IMG/VR virus record: IMGVR_UViG_3300007512_001108
Span: 10,682 to 74,681 of that record
Direction: 5' to 3' (one strand)
From: a virus
DNA length: 64,000 bases
Positions within the stretch are counted from its first letter, which is position 1. Every line of letters begins with the position of its first letter. Position numbers and translations under genes: made by a program. The notes beneath the pieces were generated by a model. The model saw nothing but the letters and a program-made list of their open reading frames with translations, did no database searches and was not told the DNA's origin. Below are positions 8,854-18,056 of this stretch, piece by piece.

Positions 8854-9861
8854 CTATTTCGTTGTATCATACGGTGTCCAAACATCTTTTATTGCTTTAT
8901 AATAATTTTCATCATTAAAAATCATATCATCCATTAAAGTTTCAAATGTGTATTCTGGTTTCCATCCTAGTTTTTCGCGAATTTTGGTAGAATCTCCTTT
9001 AAGGTCGTGAAGTTCTTCTGGTCTTAAATATTTTTCATCTAATACAACATAGTCTTTATAATTAAGTTGAAGTCTGTTAAAAACATATTCACAACAATCA
9101 CGAACACTATGTGAAATACCAGTTGCACAACAATAATCTTCTGGTTTATCTTCTTGCAACATCATCCACATTGCTTTTACATAATCCTTTGCGTGTCCCC
9201 AATCTCTTCTTGCTTCAAGATTTCCCATACGAAGTTCTGTTGCTTCTCCTGCTTTAATAGCAATTGCACCCTGTACAATCTTACTGGTTACAAAATTAGA
9301 ACCTCGTCTTGGTGATTCGTGATTGAATAATATACCATTACTAATATGCATACCATAAGAATGTCTATAATTTCTTACTATATTAAATGCATAAACTTTT
9401 GCACATCCATAGGGACTTACAGGTAGCATTGGTGTTGTTTCTCTTTGGTATCCATCATCGTCAATACAGTTTCCAAACATTTCCGAAGAACTTGCTTGAT
9501 AAATTCTTGCATCTGGACATACTAAACGACACGCTTCTATAACTTTTAATACACCAACAGCATCTGCTTCTGCTGTATATATTGGCACATCAAAACTAAT
9601 TCTCACATGAGATTGTGCGGCTAAATTGTATACTTCGTCTGGTTTAACTTTTTGTAATATATTAATTAAAGATGATAGGTCTGTCAAATCACCATAATAT
9701 AAATGAAGTTGGTCATAACAACTATCGAGTCTTGCAGTTTGATTTTCAGCAACTGAATTTCTTTTAAGAATTCCGTGTACCTCATATCCCTTTTCTATAA
9801 GAAATTCTGCGAGATAAGAACCGTCTTGTCCGTTAATACCTGTAATTAATGCTTTTTTCAT
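8854..9861 (-). CDS. gmd: GDP-mannose 4,6-dehydratase
   Basis: ALITGINGQDGSYLAE, YNLAAQSHV, YQASSSEMFG, SPYGCAK, LFNHESPRRG, RDWGHAKDYV. Confidence 0.97.
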   Translation of the reverse strand: MKKALITGINGQDGSYLAEFLIEKGYEVHGILKRNSVAENQTARLDSCYDQLHLYYGDLTDLSSLINILQKVKPDEVYNLAAQSHVRISFDVPIYTAEADAVGVLKVIEACRLVCPDARIYQASSSEMFGNCIDDDGYQRETTPMLPVSPYGCAKVYAFNIVRNYRHSYGMHISNGILFNHESPRRGSNFVTSKIVQGAIAIKAGEATELRMGNLEARRDWGHAKDYVKAMWMMLQEDKPEDYCCATGISHSVRDCCEYVFNRLQLNYKDYVVLDEKYLRPEELHDLKGDSTKIREKLGWKPEYTFETLMDDMIFNDENYYKAIKDVWTPYDTTK

Positions 9862-10766
9862 TTTCTTGCCTTTTCATAATTTTTAATAAACCACTCAATA
9901 CTTTTCTCCAATCCTTCTCTCAATGGAGTAAAATCAAAATCAGGATAATACTTTCTAAACTTTTCGTTTGATGCAGGTTTTCTATACTGTCCTTCTAGTC
10001 TGTCAGACTCGTATATTACTTTACCAGAAAAATCCATAATATCAACAATATTATCTACAATTTCTGAAATAGAAACTTCATCACTGGAAGATAATATCAT
10101 AGGAATTGATTCATTATAAGATTCTAGTGCCATTAGTGCAATTTTACCTACATCCTCCGAATATAAAAATTCTCTCATAGGTTTTCCACTTCCCCAAATG
10201 ACAAAATCAGTATTATCTCTTTTTGCTAAATAACATTTGTGTATTAGTGCAGGTATTACATGACTATCATTTAAATCATAATTGTCATTTGGACCATATA
10301 TGTTACAGGGTATTAGTGTAACAAAATTACATCCGTATTGGTCACGGTATGCTCTACTTTGAACATCTACCATTCTTTTTGCATATGCATATGCGTAATT
10401 AGTATGGTGGGGCTCTCCGTTGTGCATATATTCTTCTTTTAAGGGATAATCTACTTTGTCTGGAAACACACAAGTAGACATAAACGATACTACCTTTTTA
10501 ATTTTACATAGTCTAGCCGCTTCTAGAAGATTTGTATTTATGATAATATTGTGATAAAAGAATTCACCCAATTTATCGCTGTTTGCTTTTAGTCCACCAA
10601 CTTTTCCTGCACAATGGACAATATAATCGATTTTATTCAATGTGATATATCTCACAATATTATCAATGTGCATTAAGTCCATATATTGTCTTGATGGTTT
10701 AAAAGAAGAGTCAATTGTTGAACCAACTAATCCACTTCCTCCAGTTACCAGTAAATTATTTTTCAT
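9858..10766 (-). CDS. fcl: GDP-L-fucose synthase (GDP-4-keto-6-deoxymannose epimerase/reductase)
   Basis: LVTGGSGLVG, HCAGKVGG, STCVFP, YAYAKR, PCNIYGPNDN, SHVIPALIHK, WGSGKPMREF. Likely start is MKNN at 10766; the ORF track gives 10790. Confidence 0.93.
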   Translation of the reverse strand: MKNNLLVTGGSGLVGSTIDSSFKPSRQYMDLMHIDNIVRYITLNKIDYIVHCAGKVGGLKANSDKLGEFFYHNIIINTNLLEAARLCKIKKVVSFMSTCVFPDKVDYPLKEEYMHNGEPHHTNYAYAYAKRMVDVQSRAYRDQYGCNFVTLIPCNIYGPNDNYDLNDSHVIPALIHKCYLAKRDNTDFVIWGSGKPMREFLYSEDVGKIALMALESYNESIPMILSSSDEVSISEIVDNIVDIMDFSGKVIYESDRLEGQYRKPASNEKFRKYYPDFDFTPLREGLEKSIEWFIKNYEKARK

Positions 10767-11445
10767 ATCTTGAATCGGACTCCAACGCAATCCAATAAGA
10801 TAAATCTGTACTTTTATTGGTAAATTTACTTACAACCTTTTCTGTAACTTCGACATTATAATCACCAGGCATAAGTTTTAAATTTTCTACCTTAAAATAA
10901 AATTCGAAATCTTCATTATTACTATTAGTCCCAACTTCAACAGAATAGTTATTTGAAGTAGAATCTTTTTTATCCATTGATACTAATTCAATGATGCTTC
11001 CAGATGAACGCAAACATAAATCTGGAAGTTGAAGAACTGAGGATGCCTTTTGTAATTCTGTAAAATCGTCATTGTTCAATTCAAAAGAAACTACAGTTTC
11101 TGGCATAGTAATAGTTTTATTAATTGTTGTAAGAAGTTTAGGTTCTGAATAATAATATGTTACTTTTGTTCCGTTTGAACCAACTATAGTAACATAATTG
11201 TCCTCAAAATAAAATTCTGGGTCATCAAACAAGGAAATAGTTCCAAGCAATTTATTCAAATCCCAAATACCAAATTGACAATCAAAAGTTTCAGACACGG
11301 TTGCTTGTGCCATAACATTTTTTACTGGAGATATTGTTTTTATTGTATTTCCAGGCTCTACTAAAATGTTAGAATTGATTGTTGAGAAATTCTTTAGAAT
11401 TTCTATTGTTTTCTTCGATAGTTTCATAGCAGTTAGTATTTCCAT
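10756..11445 (-). CDS. gp45: Sliding clamp gp45
   Basis: MKLSKKTIEILKNFSTIN, FGIWDLNKLL, FKVENLKLMPGDY, YWIALE. Confidence 0.96.
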   Translation of the reverse strand: MEILTAMKLSKKTIEILKNFSTINSNILVEPGNTIKTISPVKNVMAQATVSETFDCQFGIWDLNKLLGTISLFDDPEFYFEDNYVTIVGSNGTKVTYYYSEPKLLTTINKTITMPETVVSFELNNDDFTELQKASSVLQLPDLCLRSSGSIIELVSMDKKDSTSNNYSVEVGTNSNNEDFEFYFKVENLKLMPGDYNVEVTEKVVSKFTNKSTDLSYWIALESDSRYEK

Positions 11446-11467
11446 TATTTAAAATTCTCCATTATAT

Positions 11468-11665
11468 TTATTGACTATATTCCATATAATTATCCAAATC
11501 ATCTTCATCATAGTCTTCGTTATCAGTAAATCTTTTCAGGTAATTTTTGTCGTTATGTCTACGCGCTTTTTTCTTATTCCTTTTAGTACCCTTACCACGA
11601 ATATCTTGTATATCCTCGATGGGATTATATTTGTTATTCTTTTTATTTCGTTTTCTAGATGACAT
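11468..11665 (-). CDS. Small hypothetical protein, basic N-terminus and acidic C-terminus
   Basis: 65-aa ORF with a GGAG SD, filling the gap between rnh and gp45. Confidence 0.6.
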   Translation of the reverse strand: MSSRKRNKKNNKYNPIEDIQDIRGKGTKRNKKKARRHNDKNYLKRFTDNEDYDEDDLDNYMEYSQ

Positions 11666-11671
11666 TATACA

Positions 11672-12505
11672 TTAAAACTCCTGTATATTCTCCATTAAAA
11701 TCTTCAATTTGTTAATAATAAAATAATTAAATAATTGACTTCTATTTCCTTCTATCGGTTTTTCCCATTCATTTAATATTTTATCCTCCACCCAATCTGG
11801 TATCTTATTAAAATCTACCAACATCTGATTTCTTTCCCAGTTTTCCAAAGAAGTAAATTCGTTTAAATTTTCCATAATATTAATAATTTTCTTCTCTCCA
11901 CAAGGTTTTTGCCTTTTATCTTTATCCATAAACACATCACTATCTGATAGAATGTTTGGTATTCCGTCCGATGCATCCCCCTTTATTATGTGTTTGATTA
12001 AATATTCTTCTGGATTTTTACACACCAATAGTCCTTTATTTTTTAAACTATATTGAGATACATTTTCATATCTTTGCAATTGTTGAAAATCTTTATCAGA
12101 AGATACAATCATTATCTTTTCATTTTCGTGAAAGTGTTTTGTTAATATTGCAATAATATCATCAGCCTCGATGTGCTTTAAGTATATTGTTTTATATGGA
12201 AATGTTTCTTCAACTTCTTCTCTAATTTTACCTATCAATCCAAAAATTCTATTCCAATCAAAGGAGTCTTCTTTTTGTTTGATTTTTCTTTGTCCTTTGT
12301 AGTATTCAAAAATATCCTTTCTCCAATAATTCCCCCCATCATAGGATAAGACCAACTCTCCATATTCTTTATGAAATTTATTCCTGTAAATCCTTAACGA
12401 ATTTATAACCATATGTCGTATTAAATCTTCTTCTACCTCATCTACATTTTTCATTCTTGCAAATAAGTTATGAAGTATGATTTGATTCATGTCTAATAAT
12501 ATCAT
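11672..12505 (-). CDS. rnh: T4-type RNase H (5'-3' exonuclease)
   Basis: MILLDMNQI, YWRKDIFEYYK, EADDIIA, SSDKDFQQL, KGDASDGIPN. Confidence 0.95.
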   Translation of the reverse strand: MILLDMNQIILHNLFARMKNVDEVEEDLIRHMVINSLRIYRNKFHKEYGELVLSYDGGNYWRKDIFEYYKGQRKIKQKEDSFDWNRIFGLIGKIREEVEETFPYKTIYLKHIEADDIIAILTKHFHENEKIMIVSSDKDFQQLQRYENVSQYSLKNKGLLVCKNPEEYLIKHIIKGDASDGIPNILSDSDVFMDKDKRQKPCGEKKIINIMENLNEFTSLENWERNQMLVDFNKIPDWVEDKILNEWEKPIEGNRSQLFNYFIINKLKILMENIQEF

Positions 12506-12900
12506 TTTTGTTTCTTCATTTCTTCAAATAATATTTGAGTACTTCCTGCTTTACTTTTTTCTTTCAAAAACATTTTACCTTTTGGTATATACTTTTGGGT
12601 TTTCTTCGTTGTTATGGCATTTTTACACGCATTTAATTTTAAATCTGCATGTTTTCTCATATATACCCTATCTTCTTTATTGGTATTTCTTTGAAACCAA
12701 AAATTCTTTTCCAATATCCACTCCCAGATGCACTCACCCTTCCAACAAATTTGCACTCTAATATCTTTATTTCTTTCGAATGCATGCCATTCTTCTTGAT
12801 TTGCCAGTTTATAGGTTTTGACTGTAAAGTTTTTAGATAAAGATTCAAGACCATTTGTGATATAATCTTTATACGATGAGTTGTTCATTATATTTTTCAT
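12502..12900 (-). CDS. Hypothetical protein (probably leaderless)
   Basis: ORF coupled to rnh. The ATG at 12900 follows a consensus -10 box by 6 nt; the ORF-track start at 12918 lies inside the promoter spacer. Confidence 0.6.
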   Translation of the reverse strand: MKNIMNNSSYKDYITNGLESLSKNFTVKTYKLANQEEWHAFERNKDIRVQICWKGECIWEWILEKNFWFQRNTNKEDRVYMRKHADLKLNACKNAITTKKTQKYIPKGKMFLKEKSKAGSTQILFEEMKKQK

Positions 12901-12906
12901 TACTAC

Positions 12907-12934
12907 ATTATACACCATATATTTTTACTGTCAA
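12907..12934 (-). promoter_or_regulatory. Consensus sigma70-type (early) promoter
   Basis: TTGACA (12934-12929), 16-nt spacer, TATAAT (12912-12907). Confidence 0.8.
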
Positions 12935-12935
12935 G

Positions 12936-14540
12936 TTAAGGTTTCCAAAAAACAAATACTGGTTCATATTTCATATACTTACCATCCACTCTGCAATAGT
13001 TTTTACAGGTAGGCTTTCCATCTTCGTCTAATCTATTTTGACCAGGCATTCCTTCTAAAGCCATCTTTAATGTATACTTATATTCCAAACCACAAGACTC
13101 AAGAATGTCTTTGCTGTCCTGTTCTAGTGGAAGGTAATTTCCACTTACCAATAAGTCTGCGATATTCCAAGCCATATGTCTACCAGACTTTAAATATTCT
13201 GCACAAGTTTCTAGTGTTGGTTTTAAGAATCCATCTCTCCAAGATTCATATGAAGAGCCATATTTCTTATATGATTGGTTTTCATCTTCACTATATGCTT
13301 CTCTATTAAAATATGGCGGAGATGTGAATATAAAATCCAATTTTCCTTTATATTTCTGAAAGTCAGGATTGTTTTGAATTACTTCTGAACCCTCTTGAAA
13401 TATTTCGTAAGTGTTAGTTTCTGAAAAGAATGGATTTCCTCTATAAGTTTTGGTATTGTAGAAATCTGCGAGAGAAGAATACTTGCTGTAAGAACCGTCC
13501 CCCATAAAATTATCAGGATTAGGGTCAGTGCCAATATAACGAATCCTACGGTCATCGCGTACACCCATAGCACCGAGGATACGACCACCCCAACCAGCCG
13601 ATGGGTCATAGATGTTAATAACTTCTTGGTCTTTGATATCATTTGTAAACCTTTCATAAATATATTTTGCAGTCATTGGAGGGAAGTTTACCGCAGGTTG
13701 AATAAATCCTATACGGTATGCAGAAAACGCCTTTGGAAACATTTTCTTTCCCTTCTTATATACACGAATATTATATCGCATATCATCAGACATATTTTCA
13801 ATGTCAAATGTAGAATAGTGTCTGTATTGTAACCATCCCTTTTCTTTATATTTCTTTACTTCATCTTGTTTGAGATTTATAATACCATCTTGTTCCACTT
13901 GATGATATCCACTATTTAATCCTTTATTTTCTCTGAATTTTACTTCCTCAAGAATAAAATCATATCCTTTAAAAATCTGTGGTGAAGTAAAAAATGCATG
14001 TATCCAATCATTGGCATTTGCTGTGTCTATAATCGCATATTTGGGTTGATGAACAAATGCACTCTTTGCGTGTTCATATAAACTATCTCTGCGGAAGTGT
14101 CGCAATCCACCTTTTACCATTTTCTCAAGATGTCTATCATCTGCAAACAAATCGTAGATTGAATACCCATTATCTTTCTGTGTATAATTAATTCGTGTCT
14201 GCATCATATTACTAAACCACTGGTCTGCTTCCCCTCCAATCCTTGATTTATTAATAATAACATCGTCTTCTACATCAGACAATTCATCTGTAAAGGCAAA
14301 TTCATGAATTGGAAACTCTGCAATTTTATTAAATTGTTCAATAAGTGCCTCTTCTGTTTTACCTGTTCTTGGTGGACATCCGTTCTTATCCCAAGATGCT
14401 TTTACAACCTTTCTAAACTCTATCACCCATTCTCTAAATTCGTCTGGTGTCATCGCCACCAAATTGTCATATACACAATTGATGTGGGAGTTTATTACAT
14501 CATTATTTCGTTCATAGTAATGTTTTGTTTCTGTCATCAT
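12936..14540 (-). CDS. Large amino-DNA methyltransferase-like protein (N4-C/N6-A)
   Basis: Motif I YDPSAGWGGR, YIGTDPN, motif IV FTSPPYFNRE; long N-terminal region of unknown function. Confidence 0.75.
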   Translation of the reverse strand: MMTETKHYYERNNDVINSHINCVYDNLVAMTPDEFREWVIEFRKVVKASWDKNGCPPRTGKTEEALIEQFNKIAEFPIHEFAFTDELSDVEDDVIINKSRIGGEADQWFSNMMQTRINYTQKDNGYSIYDLFADDRHLEKMVKGGLRHFRRDSLYEHAKSAFVHQPKYAIIDTANANDWIHAFFTSPQIFKGYDFILEEVKFRENKGLNSGYHQVEQDGIINLKQDEVKKYKEKGWLQYRHYSTFDIENMSDDMRYNIRVYKKGKKMFPKAFSAYRIGFIQPAVNFPPMTAKYIYERFTNDIKDQEVINIYDPSAGWGGRILGAMGVRDDRRIRYIGTDPNPDNFMGDGSYSKYSSLADFYNTKTYRGNPFFSETNTYEIFQEGSEVIQNNPDFQKYKGKLDFIFTSPPYFNREAYSEDENQSYKKYGSSYESWRDGFLKPTLETCAEYLKSGRHMAWNIADLLVSGNYLPLEQDSKDILESCGLEYKYTLKMALEGMPGQNRLDEDGKPTCKNYCRVDGKYMKYEPVFVFWKP

Positions 14541-16249
14541 TTTATCCTACTAAAGTTGTTCTTCTTCTCAAACACGATATGATTCTGGAACTTATCAGTC
14601 ATTGTATCAGATTTATGGGAAATTACAAATATATTCGCACGACTTCCGAAGGATGTCAAGAGTTTTAAGAATTCTTCTGTACCAACCGCATCAAGACTTG
14701 AATCAAACACTTCGTCAAGAATCAGCAAGTTGCAGTTTACACTATTCTTCAATCGTGCAATTTCACGCCACGCAAGAAGCAACGACAGGTCTATACGCAA
14801 CCGTTCACCTTCACTAAAACTGTGGTATGTAAACTCATCACGATGGCGACTCTTGATTGTTTCGTTAAAGTTTTCATCGAGATTAAATTGACAAAAGAAA
14901 TCCATATCTGCAAGATACTTGTTGATTAACTTGTTCATAATTGGCAAGTAGTGTTTGATAATCTTTGCTTTGATTCCTGTATCTTTTAGAAGAGTAGAAG
15001 CAATACTATAATAGTGTTTATCCTCGATAAGTTCTTTTCTTCTTTCGACATGTTGTTTTCCTTCACCAATTAATTGATTTAATTCATCTTTTGTTTCTTG
15101 TGTTTCTGTTCCTTCATTCAATACTTCTTCTATTCTGTTTTGCATAGTATTAATATACTGTAGTGAAGAATTAATTTTTGTTTGGTTTTTGTTAATTTCT
15201 ATTTCGATTTTCTCTATATCAAATAAAATAGAATTTATTTCTGTCATTCTTTCACTGGTGTTCATAATATTTTGTGTCAAATCTGAAATCCCATCTTCTA
15301 CTTCTTTTCGTTCGTTTGCTTTATCATTAAACATAGATTTCTTGTGATGTTCTTCGATGTCTTGTTTGCAAGATGGACAAGTATCATTTTCTTCATAGAA
15401 CTTAATATTCTTTTCTATAGATTTAATTTTATTATTTAGTTGTTTTTCCAAACTTTCCATCTTCAGAAGTCTTCTTGGGACATCATCTTTGTCTTTTACC
15501 TCTTCTAAAAGAGATTCAATTTTATCTTGTTCGTCTTTAATTTCTTTTTGTAGTTTCGAAATTTGCTTATTGTTTATTGCTACTTCACTTTTATAATCTT
15601 CTATGGAATCATCAGATTTCTTTTTAAGTGCATTAATTAATTTTTGTTTTTCGTCTACTTTACTTTTTGCTATTTCTATTTTAGTATCAATGTCTTTAAT
15701 ATATTCTTTTGCTGTTTGTAATCTTGCACGAACAAGCGTATTCATAACCGAAAACACATCAATGTCTAGTAAATTTTCAACTACCAATCTTCTATCTGAA
15801 GCACTTAATTGCATAAAGGGAACATAATTTGATGAACCAAGAATAACTACTTGACAAAATGATTTATATGTCATCTTGATAATTTGTTCTTCTAAAATTT
15901 TCTGATAATCTCTTGACTTTGCATCTTGGTCAAGCATTTCACCGTTCTTGAATATTTCAAATTTCTTGGGTTTCAAACTGCGAAATATACGATACTCATC
16001 ATTACCAATAGTAAATGTAATTTCTACTTCACATTCTCTTTCGTTTATTGAATTTATTAATTGTGGTATTTTAATACCACGAAAAGATTTACCAAATAAT
16101 GCATATGTTAATGCATCAAGCATAGTTGACTTCCCTGCACCATTCTCACCAGAAATAAGTGTATTGTGATGTCTGGTTAAATCTACAGTTGTTTTATAAT
16201 TGCCAGTTGAAAGAAAATTCTTCCAACTCAATGTTTGAAATATAATCAT
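14537..16249 (-). CDS. gp46: Recombination ATPase gp46 (Rad50/SbcC-like)
   Basis: WKNFLSTGN, GENGAGKST, CPSC zinc hook, FSEGE signature, ILDEVFD, SHK. Confidence 0.97.
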   Translation of the reverse strand: MIIFQTLSWKNFLSTGNYKTTVDLTRHHNTLISGENGAGKSTMLDALTYALFGKSFRGIKIPQLINSINERECEVEITFTIGNDEYRIFRSLKPKKFEIFKNGEMLDQDAKSRDYQKILEEQIIKMTYKSFCQVVILGSSNYVPFMQLSASDRRLVVENLLDIDVFSVMNTLVRARLQTAKEYIKDIDTKIEIAKSKVDEKQKLINALKKKSDDSIEDYKSEVAINNKQISKLQKEIKDEQDKIESLLEEVKDKDDVPRRLLKMESLEKQLNNKIKSIEKNIKFYEENDTCPSCKQDIEEHHKKSMFNDKANERKEVEDGISDLTQNIMNTSERMTEINSILFDIEKIEIEINKNQTKINSSLQYINTMQNRIEEVLNEGTETQETKDELNQLIGEGKQHVERRKELIEDKHYYSIASTLLKDTGIKAKIIKHYLPIMNKLINKYLADMDFFCQFNLDENFNETIKSRHRDEFTYHSFSEGERLRIDLSLLLAWREIARLKNSVNCNLLILDEVFDSSLDAVGTEEFLKLLTSFGSRANIFVISHKSDTMTDKFQNHIVFEKKNNFSRIK

Positions 16250-17013
16250 TCTGATACTGTGAATATATTACGAATCCGTTCGTTTGCATATTCACATTGC
16301 CTTTCACTTATCTCTGTTCCAACATAAGAACACCCATATTCTATACATCCATTTGCAGTTGTACCTGTTCCCATAAATGGGTCAAATACCAAGAAAGATT
16401 CTTCTTGTTTTGCATAGGTACTTAAAAGTTTCTTTACAAATTCTGTAGAATATGTTGCTTGATTTATATCTTTTGTAGCACCGTCATTGTTTTTCGCATC
16501 AATAAAATTCATAACCGGCGAATAGTACTTCTGACCAGTTTTGCTTATTTTACTTATTTGTTTATTTGTTGTGAAAGAATTAATTTCGTCCTTACGAACA
16601 AAGACAAAAACGAATTCACAGATTCTTTGTAATCTATTTGGACTTGCAGGATATGGAATGGAAGATTTCTTTTTCCATATAATAGTATCTGCAATACAGA
16701 AGTTTGTATTTTTTACTAAGTGTGCAACTAATTCATAAGGAAATGATGGGTTCTCTATAGAATAGGAAAAATTATAAAGAACCACTCCGTTCTCTATAAG
16801 AACGCTGTCAAACTGATTAAATATATCGGTAGTCCACTCTAAGTACTCTTCTGGTTCTTTCCAATCATCATACTCATCATATCTTCCAGAATCAGCATCA
16901 CCGCCAGGTCTTTTTGTCATATTATATGGTGGACTAGTAAGAATTAAATTGACCTTATCATCACAATCCTTCATAAATTTCACACAGTCCATATTATATA
17001 TTTTATTCTTTAT
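16246..17013 (-). CDS. Beta-class N4-C/N6-A DNA methyltransferase
   Basis: ILTSPPYN (motif IV) precedes FDPFMGTGTT (motif I). First ATG is at 16992, but the frame extends to ATA at 17013, giving (I/M)KNKIYNMDC. Confidence 0.85.
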   Translation of the reverse strand: MKNKIYNMDCVKFMKDCDDKVNLILTSPPYNMTKRPGGDADSGRYDEYDDWKEPEEYLEWTTDIFNQFDSVLIENGVVLYNFSYSIENPSFPYELVAHLVKNTNFCIADTIIWKKKSSIPYPASPNRLQRICEFVFVFVRKDEINSFTTNKQISKISKTGQKYYSPVMNFIDAKNNDGATKDINQATYSTEFVKKLLSTYAKQEESFLVFDPFMGTGTTANGCIEYGCSYVGTEISERQCEYANERIRNIFTVSE

Positions 17014-18056
17014 AATGATAAACTCTCCATATACAAATCTTTAATAATCTCTTTCATTTTCGCCTTATCTTTTACTTCATCAATCAAATCTATTTCATTA
17101 TTAATTAGTGTAACAGTATCTTGTGCTAAGTCAACTATTTCTTCTTTAGTCCATTCGGAATCTATAATTTCCTCCACAATAGTAATTTTGGCAACTCCAC
17201 AGTCATAAAGTCTATCCATAAATCTTTCAAAAGAATAGGGATGTTTTTTATTTTCAACATATAATTTAATATAAGAATCTTTAAGATGATTGCAGTCATA
17301 TTTCTCTATGTCTATAGGTCCATCTTCGTCATTATATGTTACAGAGTGAAACATCTTATATGGATTTTTAATAAATTCTATTTCTCTTAAATCTGTATCG
17401 AATATATGAAATCCTTTTGTTTCTTTTAAGTCTGCAAATGTAATTTGATATTGTGTTCCCATATAATATATGTTACCGTGTTCTTGGCGACAATGGAAAT
17501 GTCCTGTATATACCTGTTCATATCTGTCAAATAACTTTGCATCCATTCCACCGTCATATTTAACACCTCTCATCACATCATATCCTTGTAGTTCAAGATG
17601 TCCTATGAGAACTGGAGCAGATGCTGTTTTAATAAAATCTACAGATGTATCATAATTTTCTTTATTTACCCAAGGAAGTAATGCAATATCTAATCCATCA
17701 AAATTTACTACGGTAGGTTCTTCATATAAAATTAAATCGTTTCCAAACAATTCTCGAATTGAATTAATTACATTTGTATTTCGATAGTAGACATCGTGGT
17801 TTCCAAGTATACAATGTAATTTAATATCTTCATCCTTCAACCTATCCATAAACTTTGTTCTGACTTGATTAAGGATATTAAAGTTGACAAACTTTCGTCT
17901 GTCCATTAAATCACCTGCATGAATTACTGTTTTTATGTTGTGTTCTTTGATATATGGAAAAAATACATTATCAAAAAACTTCATAAAGTAATCAAAAAAT
18001 AGTTGTGAGTCACCTCTTGCACCAAAGTGCGTATCATTTAGAATTGCAATTCGCAT
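17010..18056 (-). CDS. gp47: Recombination nuclease gp47 (Mre11/SbcD-like)
   Basis: DTHFG, GDLMDRRK, GNHD, GHLE, GHFH metallophosphoesterase motifs. Confidence 0.97.
   Translation of the reverse strand: MRIAILNDTHFGARGDSQLFFDYFMKFFDNVFFPYIKEHNIKTVIHAGDLMDRRKFVNFNILNQVRTKFMDRLKDEDIKLHCILGNHDVYYRNTNVINSIRELFGNDLILYEEPTVVNFDGLDIALLPWVNKENYDTSVDFIKTASAPVLIGHLELQGYDVMRGVKYDGGMDAKLFDRYEQVYTGHFHCRQEHGNIYYMGTQYQITFADLKETKGFHIFDTDLREIEFIKNPYKMFHSVTYNDEDGPIDIEKYDCNHLKDSYIKLYVENKKHPYSFERFMDRLYDCGVAKITIVEEIIDSEWTKEEIVDLAQDTVTLINNEIDLIDEVKDKAKMKEIIKDLYMESLSL

Noticed and set aside
1-10766. GT cluster as T4-style hmC DNA glucosylation
   Set aside because: No dCMP hydroxymethylase or recognisable alpha/beta-glucosyltransferase in the window, and the GT32/GT47-like enzymes are glycan-chain types. 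Not excluded, since relevant genes may lie outside the window.
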